39,208 nucleotides of DNA from an uncultured bacterium (GTDB taxonomy: Bacteria; Auribacterota; CAZIXI01). Under the pieces are notes generated by a model that saw only the letters and a program-made list of their open reading frames with translations, did no database searches and was not told where the DNA came from. Shown here one piece after another: positions 9,029-18,919 of the stretch. The stretch lies in NCBI GenBank assembly GCA_964543115.1, contig CAZIXI010000003.1:1-39208 (forward strand), given 5' to 3'. The stretch's first letter is position 1. Each line of letters starts with the position of its first letter. Both the position numbers and the translations under genes were made by a program.

Positions 9029-10939
9029 ATGAAAAAGAACATTCGCCTGGGCCTAATAACCAGTATCGCGCTGGCAATTCTTCTCGCCGTCCAACCGGCC
9101 CAGGCGGATATCCCGCTAATAATAGACTATCCTGGTTATGTTGCCAGTAATAACATAGCCTTTAACGGTACCGGCTATTTTAGATTCGCCTTTGTGGACA
9201 GCACCGGCACAACCAGCTATTGGTCCAACGACGGCACTTCTAGCGGCGGTAGTGAACCTGCCGCCGCAATTGAAGCAACCGTCACCAACGGAGTTTTTAA
9301 CGTCCCTCTCGGCGATACAACTATCAACAATATGACCGCCATCGCCACCAGTGTTTTCACCAGCCGCAGTTCCATTTATATCCGGATCTGGTTTGACGAC
9401 GGAATTAACGGCTCGCAACTGCTGTCCCCAGATAAACAATTAGTCGCTATATCTTACACTTACAAAGCTGCCAGCGCCGATTACCTGGGCAGCAGCAGCC
9501 CCCCTGCCGGTAACCTGGTAGGAACAACCGATAGCCAGACCTTGACCAATAAAACATTTTCCAGCCCAAGTCTAACCACGCCAACAACCGGAGGTAGCTG
9601 GACCCTGAACAGTGATCTTAGTCTCGACAGTAACACGCTGTTTATTGAAAGAGATACTAACTATATCGGTATCGGCACAAGCAACCCAAATGATGCTCTG
9701 GACATTAACGGTAATTTGAATATGAGCGGCGGCGATATCAAAACCGATAAATGGCAGAGCAGCGATACCAATACTTTTATCGGCGTTGGTGTGGCAGGAT
9801 TGGGAACGCTGGAAGCCGCCGGACTATATAATACCTTTTTTGGCTATTACGCAGGCAGACAGGTTACCTCAGCTAATTCTTGTGTTGGTCTTGGCTATAG
9901 AACCCTGGTAATGCTGCAGAACGGCACTTGCAATACCGCGATCGGTTATGGCGCCCTGGATGCAACTGCCGCGGAAGGATATTGCACCGCCGTCGGCCAC
10001 AATGCCTTAGGGGCTCATACCACCGGCGACTATGCCACCGCCGTGGGCTACGGCGCCCTGGATGCTAATACTACCGGAAACAATAATACCGCTTTTGGAT
10101 ATGCTGCCCTGGGCACCAATAGCAATGGCGACAATAATACCGCCGTTGGCTACAATGCCCTGGCTGCTAATACCACAAGCACACAAAATACCGCAATGGG
10201 CAGCGGCACCCTGGCTGCTAATACTATCGGTATCGGCAATACCGCTCTGGGATATAATGCCCTGGGAGCCAATACGATCGGTGATTACAACGTGGCCGTC
10301 GGCCGCAGCGCCCTGTTGGTAAATACCGGTGAAGGCAATGGAAATGTTGCGGTGGGTGATTTATCCCTGGACGCCAACACCAGCGGCGATTATAATGTGG
10401 CAATTGGTGTTGGCGCCCTAGGAGGCAATAGCGAAGGTGTCGACAATACCGGCTTGGGCCATTTCGCCGGAGACAACATCACTACCGGCAGCAGTAACAT
10501 TATTATTGGGGCCAGCATAGATGCTCCTAGCGCTACAGGCAGCTATCAACTTAATATTGGCAACACATTATACGGGCAACTTGATGAAGACGCCGCTGGC
10601 GATGACAATATTGGCATAAATACATCAACCTTTGAAACAGATGCTTCAGGGGTATTGGCAATAGCAAATGGAACGGCCCCGGGGGCAGGAACGGCTGACC
10701 AATGCTACTTTTACGCAAAAGGTACCTCCCCAAACTCAGAGATGTATGTAATGGATGAAGCAGGCAATGAAACACTGTTATCGCCTCATGACCAGCAAAC
10801 CGGCAAATGGATCTTCCGCTCTAAAAACGTAAATACCGGGGAAGTCCTGAGAATGGAAATGGAAGAATTGATCTTTGATCTGGCCCAGGAAATGTCCCAG
10901 AAAACTGGGAAACAATATATTGAGGAATATTACGAATAA
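9029..10939 (+). CDS. Secreted phage-tail-fibre/adhesin-like protein, paralog 2
   Basis: Collinear with paralog 1 over its whole length (signal ..AQA, IPLIIDYPG N-domain, 15 repeats, same C-terminal SEMYVMD..SPHD..TGKWIF domain). Confidence 0.7.
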   Translation: MKKNIRLGLITSIALAILLAVQPAQADIPLIIDYPGYVASNNIAFNGTGYFRFAFVDSTGTTSYWSNDGTSSGGSEPAAAIEATVTNGVFNVPLGDTTINNMTAIATSVFTSRSSIYIRIWFDDGINGSQLLSPDKQLVAISYTYKAASADYLGSSSPPAGNLVGTTDSQTLTNKTFSSPSLTTPTTGGSWTLNSDLSLDSNTLFIERDTNYIGIGTSNPNDALDINGNLNMSGGDIKTDKWQSSDTNTFIGVGVAGLGTLEAAGLYNTFFGYYAGRQVTSANSCVGLGYRTLVMLQNGTCNTAIGYGALDATAAEGYCTAVGHNALGAHTTGDYATAVGYGALDANTTGNNNTAFGYAALGTNSNGDNNTAVGYNALAANTTSTQNTAMGSGTLAANTIGIGNTALGYNALGANTIGDYNVAVGRSALLVNTGEGNGNVAVGDLSLDANTSGDYNVAIGVGALGGNSEGVDNTGLGHFAGDNITTGSSNIIIGASIDAPSATGSYQLNIGNTLYGQLDEDAAGDDNIGINTSTFETDASGVLAIANGTAPGAGTADQCYFYAKGTSPNSEMYVMDEAGNETLLSPHDQQTGKWIFRSKNVNTGEVLRMEMEELIFDLAQEMSQKTGKQYIEEYYE

Positions 10940-12150
10940 CTTTTTGGCGTTAACAGGCGAAATATCTTTTTCGCTGCCGCCTCAGCCAGCTTGACCAGCC
11001 TGATAAACGTGGGCATCTTGAGACAAATGGCATTATCCGGACAAAGCTCCTGGCAGCAATAACATTCAATGCATTTGCGGTAATTAATAACCGGGCTCTT
11101 ACCCGGGGCATGGCTCATCGCCGCTGCCGGGCAGGCAGCCACACAGGCGTAACAAGTGCTGCACGCGCGGCTGTCAATTACCGGCCGCCCCATGGTCATC
11201 CCTTCCATTAAATGTTTTAAAAAAATACCCGGCAGCCAATCCAGGATCTTGTTCCTTATTCCAATAGTGGGTTTACTGAACCCCTCTATCCTTACCCCCA
11301 CGAGTTTTTCTCCTTTGATTTCTATTTTTGTTAAGTCAGCTTCCCCCAGCCCTTGCTCTCCGGCAATACGGGTACCGGCAACCTCCCCCGGTTTGAAACC
11401 GACTATCTCCCCGGCCACGGCATCCAAACTAACGGCATCGCGGCTGGCTAACAATAATCCCGCCGCTACCGGTTCACCGGCCGCCGGGCCGTCGCCGGCC
11501 ATAGACACCACCGCATCCATTAAGGAAAGTTGCGGCCGTACAGAGGCAAATAACTCGACAAAACAGCGGGACATCTGTTCCGGGGGCGGCGCCAGGGCAT
11601 GCATCCTCCGCTTACCGCTGCCCGGCACCAATCCCATCATATTCTTCACTGCGCCAGTAAAACCAACCAGACTGTGCGTTTTAAGTTTGGGCAGGGAGAT
11701 AACAACATCCACCTCCCGCAGAAAACCCGTTACCTTTACGGATTTTAGAATAGCCGCTTTTTCATTCTTCATCTCCTGTTGAGCGATTTTATCAAAATCC
11801 ACTAACTCAACTCCCAACTCCGCGGCCAGGCGATCATACCCACCGGCGGCAAAGGCCTGTTTTGTCCGGCCGTAAGAAAGGCCGCCTGAGCTATCACCAA
11901 GAGAAATCCGCCGGCACTTATAATCCTGCTGCAAAACAACTGTTAGCGCCCTGACAACCTGCGGATGGGTATTACAGGGCTGTTCCGGGCCGCGGCGAGA
12001 AGAAAGGAGATTGGGTTTAAGCAGTATCCGGGAATGCGGATGGAATAAATCGGTAAGATCACCTAACTGCCGGAGACAATTCCGCACGGACTCACACACA
12101 ATAGAAAAATCATCATAATTCCGGCATCGGGAAATAGAAACAGTTGTCAT
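10930..12150 (-). CDS. DUF362 domain protein with C-terminal 2x[4Fe-4S] ferredoxin
   Basis: ILLKPNLL, NTHP, ISLPKLKTH, TGAVKNMMG; CSTCYACVAACP and CIECYCCQELCP. Confidence 0.9.
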   Translation of the reverse strand: MTTVSISRCRNYDDFSIVCESVRNCLRQLGDLTDLFHPHSRILLKPNLLSSRRGPEQPCNTHPQVVRALTVVLQQDYKCRRISLGDSSGGLSYGRTKQAFAAGGYDRLAAELGVELVDFDKIAQQEMKNEKAAILKSVKVTGFLREVDVVISLPKLKTHSLVGFTGAVKNMMGLVPGSGKRRMHALAPPPEQMSRCFVELFASVRPQLSLMDAVVSMAGDGPAAGEPVAAGLLLASRDAVSLDAVAGEIVGFKPGEVAGTRIAGEQGLGEADLTKIEIKGEKLVGVRIEGFSKPTIGIRNKILDWLPGIFLKHLMEGMTMGRPVIDSRACSTCYACVAACPAAAMSHAPGKSPVINYRKCIECYCCQELCPDNAICLKMPTFIRLVKLAEAAAKKIFRLLTPKSYS

Positions 12151-12158
12151 ATTTTTTT

Positions 12159-12247
12159 AGCCACGGATTACACCGATTTCAATTATAATATTTTAAATCA
12201 GGGTTAATCATCAGTGAAAATCCGCGAGCGAAGCTCGATCAGTGGCT
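12159..12247. repeat. AGCCAC-ended intergenic inverted-repeat element, copy B, with nested GAA mini-hairpin
   Basis: AGCCACGGATT ACACCGATT ... AATCAGGG..ATCAGTG AAAATCCG [CGAGC-GAA-GCTCG 12225-12237] ATCAGTGGCT. Confidence 0.75.
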
Positions 12248-12253
12248 GAAGAA

Positions 12254-13552
12254 CTACTCATGCACCACCACGCAGTTGCGGCCCTTGGCCTTGGCCTGGT
12301 ACATGGCGCTATCGGCAATATCCACTAAGCGCTGAATAGCATCATCATCCGGCTCCTCTTGCATCAAACAGCCAGCTACACCAATACTTATCGATACCTG
12401 AAATTTGCCCTGAGCCACTTGAAATAAATGGGCATTTACCTCCCGCCGCAGTCGTTCGGCAACTACCCGGGCCTCCACAAGCCTGGTGCGCGGCAGGGCC
12501 AGGCCAAATTCATCTCCACCATAACGGCAGATAACGTCATTTTCCCGTGATTTCTGCATCATGATAACGGCCACCGTTTTAAGAATCAAATCACCTACCA
12601 AATGACCATATTCATCATTGTAACGCTTAAAGAAATCAATATCCATCATCAGAAAACTCAACGGGCGGCGTTGCCGGTAACAACGGTCAAGCTCTCCGGC
12701 CAACAGCCGCAGGAAATGACGCCGCAGATTTAAGCAGGTTAAACCGTCTATTATCGATAGATCCTTAACCCGCCGATAAAGTTGCGTTTTCTTGACTTCT
12801 AAGGCAAACTGAGTAGCAACGAAACTGATCTTCTCCAGACTCTCCGGAGGGAAATTGGCCAGGGTAAGCACCGCCACTAATTCCTGTTCAGCCATTAAGG
12901 GCACCGCCAAAAAAGGCTGCCAATCAACCGGCAAAAAATTAAACGGAGCAGCTTCGCCTTGCCGCCATAAAACGGGCTCAGATTTATCCTTTAAGACAGA
13001 AAAAATCTTTTCGTCAAAATCATCTTCTGCTTTCCCCTGCTCCTGCCCGATACCCGGAACATGGTAGGCATCAGCAACTTTCCCTCTCTCAATCAGAATG
13101 AGCCGGCCGGCGGAAAAACGCGTCAACGCAGTCAGGGTCTCTTTAAGCACCGTCACGGCCTGCTCAAAATCAAGCGTCAGCCCTAATTTCTTTACATAAT
13201 CGTAAAAGGCCACTGTTTCATGTAGATCCTGCCGCAAGGTCAGATTATCATTTTTTAATTGCTCTTCTTGCTGAGTTAACTGCTCAAATTGTTTTTGCTT
13301 TCCTTCGCTGACCGTAACTATTTTATCTAATTCCTGCCGCCGGATTTCCTGGTAATAATACAACAAGTAAATAGCAATTAAATATAAAGAAAGATTGCTG
13401 GCAATAAAAATCACTGCCGGCACCCGGCATTCAGCCGCATACCAGAATAAATGTACCCCCCCCAGCAAGGCGAGAACAACCGCCCACTTGTATTTAACTA
13501 GAAAACAAAGCCAGACAATAAGAGTAAAATAAGTTAAAAATACCAAATTCAT
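12254..13552 (-). CDS. Membrane-anchored diguanylate cyclase (TM, coiled coil, GAF-like, GGDEF)
   Basis: DGLT; DIDFFKRYNDEYGHLVGD; RENDVICRYGGDEF with canonical RxxD I-site. Confidence 0.92.
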   Translation of the reverse strand: MNLVFLTYFTLIVWLCFLVKYKWAVVLALLGGVHLFWYAAECRVPAVIFIASNLSLYLIAIYLLYYYQEIRRQELDKIVTVSEGKQKQFEQLTQQEEQLKNDNLTLRQDLHETVAFYDYVKKLGLTLDFEQAVTVLKETLTALTRFSAGRLILIERGKVADAYHVPGIGQEQGKAEDDFDEKIFSVLKDKSEPVLWRQGEAAPFNFLPVDWQPFLAVPLMAEQELVAVLTLANFPPESLEKISFVATQFALEVKKTQLYRRVKDLSIIDGLTCLNLRRHFLRLLAGELDRCYRQRRPLSFLMMDIDFFKRYNDEYGHLVGDLILKTVAVIMMQKSRENDVICRYGGDEFGLALPRTRLVEARVVAERLRREVNAHLFQVAQGKFQVSISIGVAGCLMQEEPDDDAIQRLVDIADSAMYQAKAKGRNCVVVHE

Positions 13553-13554
13553 AA

Positions 13555-14997
13555 TTAAATCTCGGCCACAACCACCCGGTTGCGCCCTTCGCGTTTGGCC
13601 TGATAAAGGGCCCGGTCAGCACATTCGATAATTTTTATTCCCTGTTCGCCGTTGCGGGGATATTCCGCGATACCAATACTGATAGTTGCCCGCACGCCTT
13701 CGCGGCGAATAGAAAAATTCGATTCGCCAACCGCTCTGCGGATCGACTCAGCAATATCCCGCGCACCCTGCCGGGCAATATTGGGCAGTAAAACAATAAA
13801 TTCTTCTCCGCCATAACGGGCGGCAACTGGTTTTGTTACTGTCCCAGGCGAAGCCTGGGACAGTTCATCCTCAATCAATTGAGCAACTTTCTGAAGCACC
13901 TTATCCCCGACAGAGTGGCCATAGGTATCATTTAATTCTTTAAAGCTATCCAGATCCAATAAAAGAACGGAAAAGGACCCGCCCGAAAGCCTGGCCTCGG
14001 CAACCACCTGCTCCAGGGCCTCGTCAAAATATCGCCGGACATAAAGCTCCGTTAAACCGTCACGATTAGCCAGATGTTCCGTTTGTTTAAACAAATCAGC
14101 ATTATAAATAGTCAGGGCCGCTATATTAGCAATAATCGCCAGTAGGCGCAGATCATCAAGCGTAAAGGTATTCGCCTGAAAACTATCCACGCGAATAATA
14201 CCCATCATCTTGTCGGCGGTGGTTAATGGCGCCACAATCAGGCTCCTGGTTTTTGTGCCTGCCATAATCTGCTGAGTATTGAAACGATAGTCCTTGGCTA
14301 AATCAGTCACCAGCAACGGTTGCCGGTGCCGCATCGTCCAAAGATTGAATTCATCAGACTGCACAGAATCAGTCAGGGTAATTCCCCGGGAACTCTCCAA
14401 CACCTGAAGCTGCAATGACTGCAAATCTGCGCCTATCTCCCAAAGATAATAGACATCTCCGGTATCAATACTGCGCATGAGGTTATTCACAATCTGTTTG
14501 TTGATTTCCTTTGACGCGAGACTAAAGGCTGCCTCTTTAACCACTTCACTCAAATAACTAAAACGTTCGGTTTTCTTGTGATAAGACTCTTTTAAATGCT
14601 GCTGTTTACTATAATCCTGCAATAAAAGATTATAGTCCCGCTCCACATGTTCCAGCCTCAAATTATGTGCTGTGACTGCCACCTTTACCCGCTGTTGGCG
14701 ATTGTAGAGAGAAAGACCCAATAAAAAGGCCGGCAAAACAACTAAGAGATAAGACCCGTCACTAGCCGCTAAACTGTTATACAGGGCGACAAGCAAGGTA
14801 ATCAAGTAGGCAATCACACCCCCCCATAACCCCCAGACCGTCCAATTAATAATAATAAACAGGAGTAAGCTCCAGGTAAAAAAATGACGAAGGAAACAGG
14901 CAGAAGGATAGAACGCTACCAGTCGAAACACAAGGACAATTATAGCCGGCAAACCAACTAATGAAAGCACACGGAGAATGAGATTGAATCGTTTCAT
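13555..14997 (-). CDS. Membrane-anchored GAF-GGDEF diguanylate cyclase
   Basis: TM N-terminus; GAF (RSLIVAPL..MGII..F..DDLRLL); DGLT; DLDSFKELNDTYGHSVGD; ARYGGEEF. Confidence 0.92.
   Translation of the reverse strand: MKRFNLILRVLSLVGLPAIIVLVFRLVAFYPSACFLRHFFTWSLLLFIIINWTVWGLWGGVIAYLITLLVALYNSLAASDGSYLLVVLPAFLLGLSLYNRQQRVKVAVTAHNLRLEHVERDYNLLLQDYSKQQHLKESYHKKTERFSYLSEVVKEAAFSLASKEINKQIVNNLMRSIDTGDVYYLWEIGADLQSLQLQVLESSRGITLTDSVQSDEFNLWTMRHRQPLLVTDLAKDYRFNTQQIMAGTKTRSLIVAPLTTADKMMGIIRVDSFQANTFTLDDLRLLAIIANIAALTIYNADLFKQTEHLANRDGLTELYVRRYFDEALEQVVAEARLSGGSFSVLLLDLDSFKELNDTYGHSVGDKVLQKVAQLIEDELSQASPGTVTKPVAARYGGEEFIVLLPNIARQGARDIAESIRRAVGESNFSIRREGVRATISIGIAEYPRNGEQGIKIIECADRALYQAKREGRNRVVVAEI
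13838..13864. repeat. Perfect 27-bp hairpin inside the GGDEF coding sequence
   Basis: ACTGTCCCAGGC-GAA-GCCTGGGACAGT: 12-bp perfect stem, GAA loop. Confidence 0.85.
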
Positions 14998-15019
14998 AAA
15001 AACTATATTCTTAAAATTG

Positions 15020-16135
15020 TTAATAGCACATCCGCCCTATGCGGTCATAGAGATTTTTGGCTCCGCTTAGAATTTCAATCTCCACCCGCAAATAATACAA
15101 AGGGAATCTGCGCGGCTGATTAACCGGCGGAAACCTCACCGCATCCTTCTCCGTAGTCACCAGGGCCTCAGCTTTTTCCATCTGCGCGCACCTGATAATC
15201 TCTTCCAATTCAGCCGCTGAGTAAAGATGGTGATCGGGAAAACGATGACAACTGGTAAGTACTGCCCCCAATTCCGTCAAGGCCTGCTCAAAACCCTGCG
15301 GGCTGGCAATCCCGGAAATACAACTCACCCGGCGGCCGGCAAGAAAACTGAGATCCCGTTTAGTCCCGGAAAAAATACTATTAAGATAACGGGGCCGGTG
15401 AGCCGATTCAATAACATCCGCGCGCGGATTTATTTTTTTTAATTTGTTTTTCAGTCCACTAAGATTCATCCCCTTAGTTTTAGTAAGAAAAAATATATTC
15501 GCCCGGTCAAGATGCCGCAGCGGCTCGCGCAACACCCCCCGGGGCAACAGCCGCTGATTGCCAAAGGGATTCGTACAATCAATGAGCATGATATTTACCT
15601 GCCGGTCGAGCCGCAAATATTGATAACCGTCATCGAGAATAATCGTATCCACCGCAAACCTTTTGATCGCCTGCCGGGCGGCCCGTACACGATCCTTATC
15701 AACCAGCACTATCGCCTGAGGTACTTCCCTGGCCAGCATATAGGGCTCATCCCCGGAAGAAATCACATTAAGCAGTAATTTCTCCCCGTCAGCAACCACC
15801 CGCGGAAAATCTTTTACCTTACTGCCGGACTTGTACCCGCGGCTGAGTATAGCCACTTTGCGGCCTCCCCGCAGTAACTCCCGGGCCAGCATCTCCACCA
15901 TCGGGGTCTTACCGGTTCCTCCCAAAGTAACATTACCGACACTAATTACCGTACAACCAAGAGAAGTCGGCCTTATTAGCCGGGAACGATATAAAAAAAC
16001 CCGCAGACCAATAGCAACGGCATAGATCTTCGCCAACCCGGCCAACACCCGCCTTAAGCCGGAGGCAAAAAGGCCCCGGGCCTGCCGATTAACTACCGCA
16101 ATTAAATATGGTTCGTACTTTTCTAATAAAGACAT
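15020..16135 (-). CDS. lpxK: Tetraacyldisaccharide 4'-kinase
   Basis: [53 protein letters not shown]. Confidence 0.96.
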   Translation of the reverse strand: MSLLEKYEPYLIAVVNRQARGLFASGLRRVLAGLAKIYAVAIGLRVFLYRSRLIRPTSLGCTVISVGNVTLGGTGKTPMVEMLARELLRGGRKVAILSRGYKSGSKVKDFPRVVADGEKLLLNVISSGDEPYMLAREVPQAIVLVDKDRVRAARQAIKRFAVDTIILDDGYQYLRLDRQVNIMLIDCTNPFGNQRLLPRGVLREPLRHLDRANIFFLTKTKGMNLSGLKNKLKKINPRADVIESAHRPRYLNSIFSGTKRDLSFLAGRRVSCISGIASPQGFEQALTELGAVLTSCHRFPDHHLYSAAELEEIIRCAQMEKAEALVTTEKDAVRFPPVNQPRRFPLYYLRVEIEILSGAKNLYDRIGRMCY

Positions 16136-16156
16136 AATACTTTTAAAAGGACCAGA

Positions 16157-16627
16157 TTATCTCTTATGATGCCTTACGCCGCTGCCCCGGACCGCTTCAA
16201 TTATCTCCACCGGCTTTCTGGCCTTGAGTAAAACTTCTCTTACACTCTGGCGCATGGCCACCTTGCCGATCTGACTGAGAATATCCAGATATTCATTAAT
16301 CAACCGGCTGGGCCCAATAACCAGAAAAATATAATGCGCCAATTGACCATCACTGGCCTGCCAGTCAAGACCAGCGGCAGAACGGCCAAAAACAACATAT
16401 AGTTTGTCCACTAATTCTGTTCTGCCATGAGGAACCGCCAATCCGCGGCCCAGACCGGTACTCTCGATCTTCTCCCGCTCAAGAATAGAAGAAGACAATT
16501 CTTCCTGACAATGTAAATCGTAATAGGCACAAAACTTTTTTGCCAGAAACTTCATCGCTTCCGTCTTTGTCCGGCTAGGCATATCGAGAAACATTAACTG
16601 TTCATGTAAATATTCGGCAATCTTCAA
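16157..16627 (-). CDS. PTS IIA-like (fructose/nitrogen type) protein
   Basis: ILEREKIESTGLGRGLAVPHGR with the phospho-His motif; DW..DG...IFL. Confidence 0.88.
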   Translation of the reverse strand: MKIAEYLHEQLMFLDMPSRTKTEAMKFLAKKFCAYYDLHCQEELSSSILEREKIESTGLGRGLAVPHGRTELVDKLYVVFGRSAAGLDWQASDGQLAHYIFLVIGPSRLINEYLDILSQIGKVAMRQSVREVLLKARKPVEIIEAVRGSGVRHHKR

Positions 16628-16669
16628 CTTTTCTTCCTTTTCCTAATATAACATTATAAATAATACTTA

Positions 16670-17956
16670 TTATGTCATGTTAGCCTTAACCAGTTCCATG
16701 TCCCTTTCAATTACACCTCCGGCAGCGGAAATTAATTCTCGCGCGCGGAAACCCTTGCGCTGACCTTCCTCAGGAACAGTCAATAATTTGGTAACCGTTC
16801 TCTTTAGATCCTCTTTATCCCGGACCTGGATAATTCCCCCTTCAGTCAGCAGCCAATCTGTTACTGCCTGAAAATTTGTCATCAACGGACCACAAACAAC
16901 AGTCTTCCCCAGGGCCGCCGGTTCAAGCAGGTTCTGGCCGCCGCCTTTAATCAGACTTTTTCCAATAAAAACAATATCCGCCAAAGAATAAACCGAAAGC
17001 AGTTCCCCCAAAGTATCCACTAAAACAACATCTACATCCGCTAGACTTGTTTGCGGCCCCCAGGCAGAACGAAAAACACACTTAAACTGATAGCCGGCCA
17101 GCAACCTCAGCAGGGCCGCTTTCCTCTCCGGATGACGGGGCGCAATTATTAACTTTAACCCCGTAAAATTATCCTTTAACTCCCTATAGATATCAAGTAA
17201 TATCTTCTCCTCTCCCTGATGGGTGCTTCCTCCAACCAGAACACGGAATCCCGGCCGCCAGCCCCAATCACTCCTGATCCGGTTAATTCTATCTTCCCCA
17301 GGCAAACGGCTGAGCGCTGAATCAATCTTTATACTGCCGGTCACCGTCACCTTCCGGGCATCAATACCCAAAGAAACTACCCGTTGCCGGTCAATTTCAG
17401 ATTGCATGCCCCAGGCACTGATAGCCGCGCAAAAATATCTGAACCCTCCCCGCCAGCGGGTATAATTACGAAACGAGCTTGCCGATAAACGGCCATTAAG
17501 CACCACTATGGGAATTCCCTTCTTTCGGCAGACACTGAGAAAATTCGGCCACAATTCTGTCTCCAGTAAAATCACCATTCGCGGAGAAACCCTGCGCAGG
17601 AAACGGCGTACCGCCCACTTAAAATCCAACGGAAAAAAAACCACGGCAGAATCTCCGGCAAGCTGTTTGCGCGCCACTCTGTTTCCGGAAAGCGTAGTGG
17701 TTGAAACAACCAGGGGATATTGAACCAGCTCTTTTTCCAGCGCGGAAAACAGGGGGAGCGCGGATAAAAATTCCCCCACCGATACCGTATGAACAAGAAT
17801 TCCCGCCCCGCCTTTGGCGTCTCTCCGGGGCACAAATCCTAATCTCTGTTTCAGGCCCACCCTGTATTTTTCAGAAGTGCAAAATTTAAACAAATAAAAA
17901 GGAAATGCCAAAATAAAATAAATGTATAATAATAAATTATAAAAAAATAAATGCAT
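16670..17956 (-). CDS. waaA: 3-deoxy-D-manno-octulosonic acid (Kdo) transferase
   Basis: HTVSVGE, FPLD, ETELWPN, NGRLS, GSTH.GEE, APRHPER, DTLGEL, GGQNLLEPA. Confidence 0.95.
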   Translation of the reverse strand: MHLFFYNLLLYIYFILAFPFYLFKFCTSEKYRVGLKQRLGFVPRRDAKGGAGILVHTVSVGEFLSALPLFSALEKELVQYPLVVSTTTLSGNRVARKQLAGDSAVVFFPLDFKWAVRRFLRRVSPRMVILLETELWPNFLSVCRKKGIPIVVLNGRLSASSFRNYTRWRGGFRYFCAAISAWGMQSEIDRQRVVSLGIDARKVTVTGSIKIDSALSRLPGEDRINRIRSDWGWRPGFRVLVGGSTHQGEEKILLDIYRELKDNFTGLKLIIAPRHPERKAALLRLLAGYQFKCVFRSAWGPQTSLADVDVVLVDTLGELLSVYSLADIVFIGKSLIKGGGQNLLEPAALGKTVVCGPLMTNFQAVTDWLLTEGGIIQVRDKEDLKRTVTKLLTVPEEGQRKGFRARELISAAGGVIERDMELVKANMT

Positions 17957-18021
17957 AATCCGTTTAATGAATATTTAAAAGACGATACCTTGTAAATTAC
18001 TTAGATTGCCGCATTAGCCAA

Positions 18022-18903
18022 TTACGCCCGCGGATGGGCCTTGTCGTAAACCTTTTTTAACCTCTCCGGCGTAACATGAGTATAGATCTGGGTTGTGGAT
18101 ATACTCTTATGACCAAGTAATTCCTGCACAGAACGCAGATCCGCGCCGGCACTAAGCAGATGAGTGGCAAAAGTGTGCCGCAGGGTATGGGGAGATATCC
18201 GTTCCTGCAGGGCAACCTGCTTCATATATTTTTCTACTATCCGCTGGATCCCTCTAGTCGAGAGCCGCTGACCAAATCTATTGGCAAAAACCACCTTACC
18301 CTTAACACGGGGCTGTTCCTGGGACCGTTGCTCGAGATACTTTCTGATGGCCATTACCGCCGGCCGCCCCAAGGGCACCAGGCGCTCTTTTTTTCCCTTA
18401 CCTTTAGCCTTCAGCGCCTCGGCAATAAAATCAATATCATCAATACCGGCTCCGGCTAATTCACTGACCCGCAAACCTCCGCTATAGAGCACCTCCAGTA
18501 TCGCCCGGTCCCGCAAACCCTGCAGTGTATCCCGGCCGGGAGCCTCCAACAATTTCACGACCTTAGCCTTATCCAGAAAAACCGGCAATTTCTTTTCTCT
18601 TTTCGGTGCTGAAATCCCGGCAATCATATTTGTATCTACATACCCCTCCCGCTGCATGTACTTGTAAAAGCTCTTTAAGGAGGATAACTTCCTCGCCCGG
18701 CTGGCCCGGGAAAGATTCTGCTGCTGTAACTTGGCCAGGTAGGTCCTTATCTGTGCTACGGTAACATCGCCCAAATTTGTAATATTACGTCTTTCTAAAA
18801 AATCGGTAAAATGAAGAATATCCCTTTTATAATTGCTTAGTGTATGCCGTGAGGCATTCTTCTCCACCGTTAAATAATCAAGAAAATTTTTTAATTCCTT
18901 CAT
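18022..18903 (-). CDS. xerC: Tyrosine recombinase XerC
   Basis: RDRAILEVLYSGGLRVSEL, GKGKKER, HTLRHTFATHLL..GADLRSVQELLGH, TTQIYTH, YDKAHPRA; downstream of dprA-topA as is usual for xerC. Confidence 0.88.
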   Translation of the reverse strand: MKELKNFLDYLTVEKNASRHTLSNYKRDILHFTDFLERRNITNLGDVTVAQIRTYLAKLQQQNLSRASRARKLSSLKSFYKYMQREGYVDTNMIAGISAPKREKKLPVFLDKAKVVKLLEAPGRDTLQGLRDRAILEVLYSGGLRVSELAGAGIDDIDFIAEALKAKGKGKKERLVPLGRPAVMAIRKYLEQRSQEQPRVKGKVVFANRFGQRLSTRGIQRIVEKYMKQVALQERISPHTLRHTFATHLLSAGADLRSVQELLGHKSISTTQIYTHVTPERLKKVYDKAHPRA

Positions 18904-18919
18904 GTTTTATTTTTTTGTT

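Noticed and set aside
7052-10939. Prophage remnant or diversity-generating retroelement
   Set aside because: The genes have signal peptides, there are no other phage genes or reverse transcriptase, and paralog differences do not look adenine-specific.
10930-10939. 10-bp convergent overlap of two gene ends
   Set aside because: Common in compact genomes; no further signal.
18022-18903. xerC as the integrase of an island carrying the giant gene
   Set aside because: Sequence and context fit housekeeping XerC; I found no att-like direct repeats around the giant gene.
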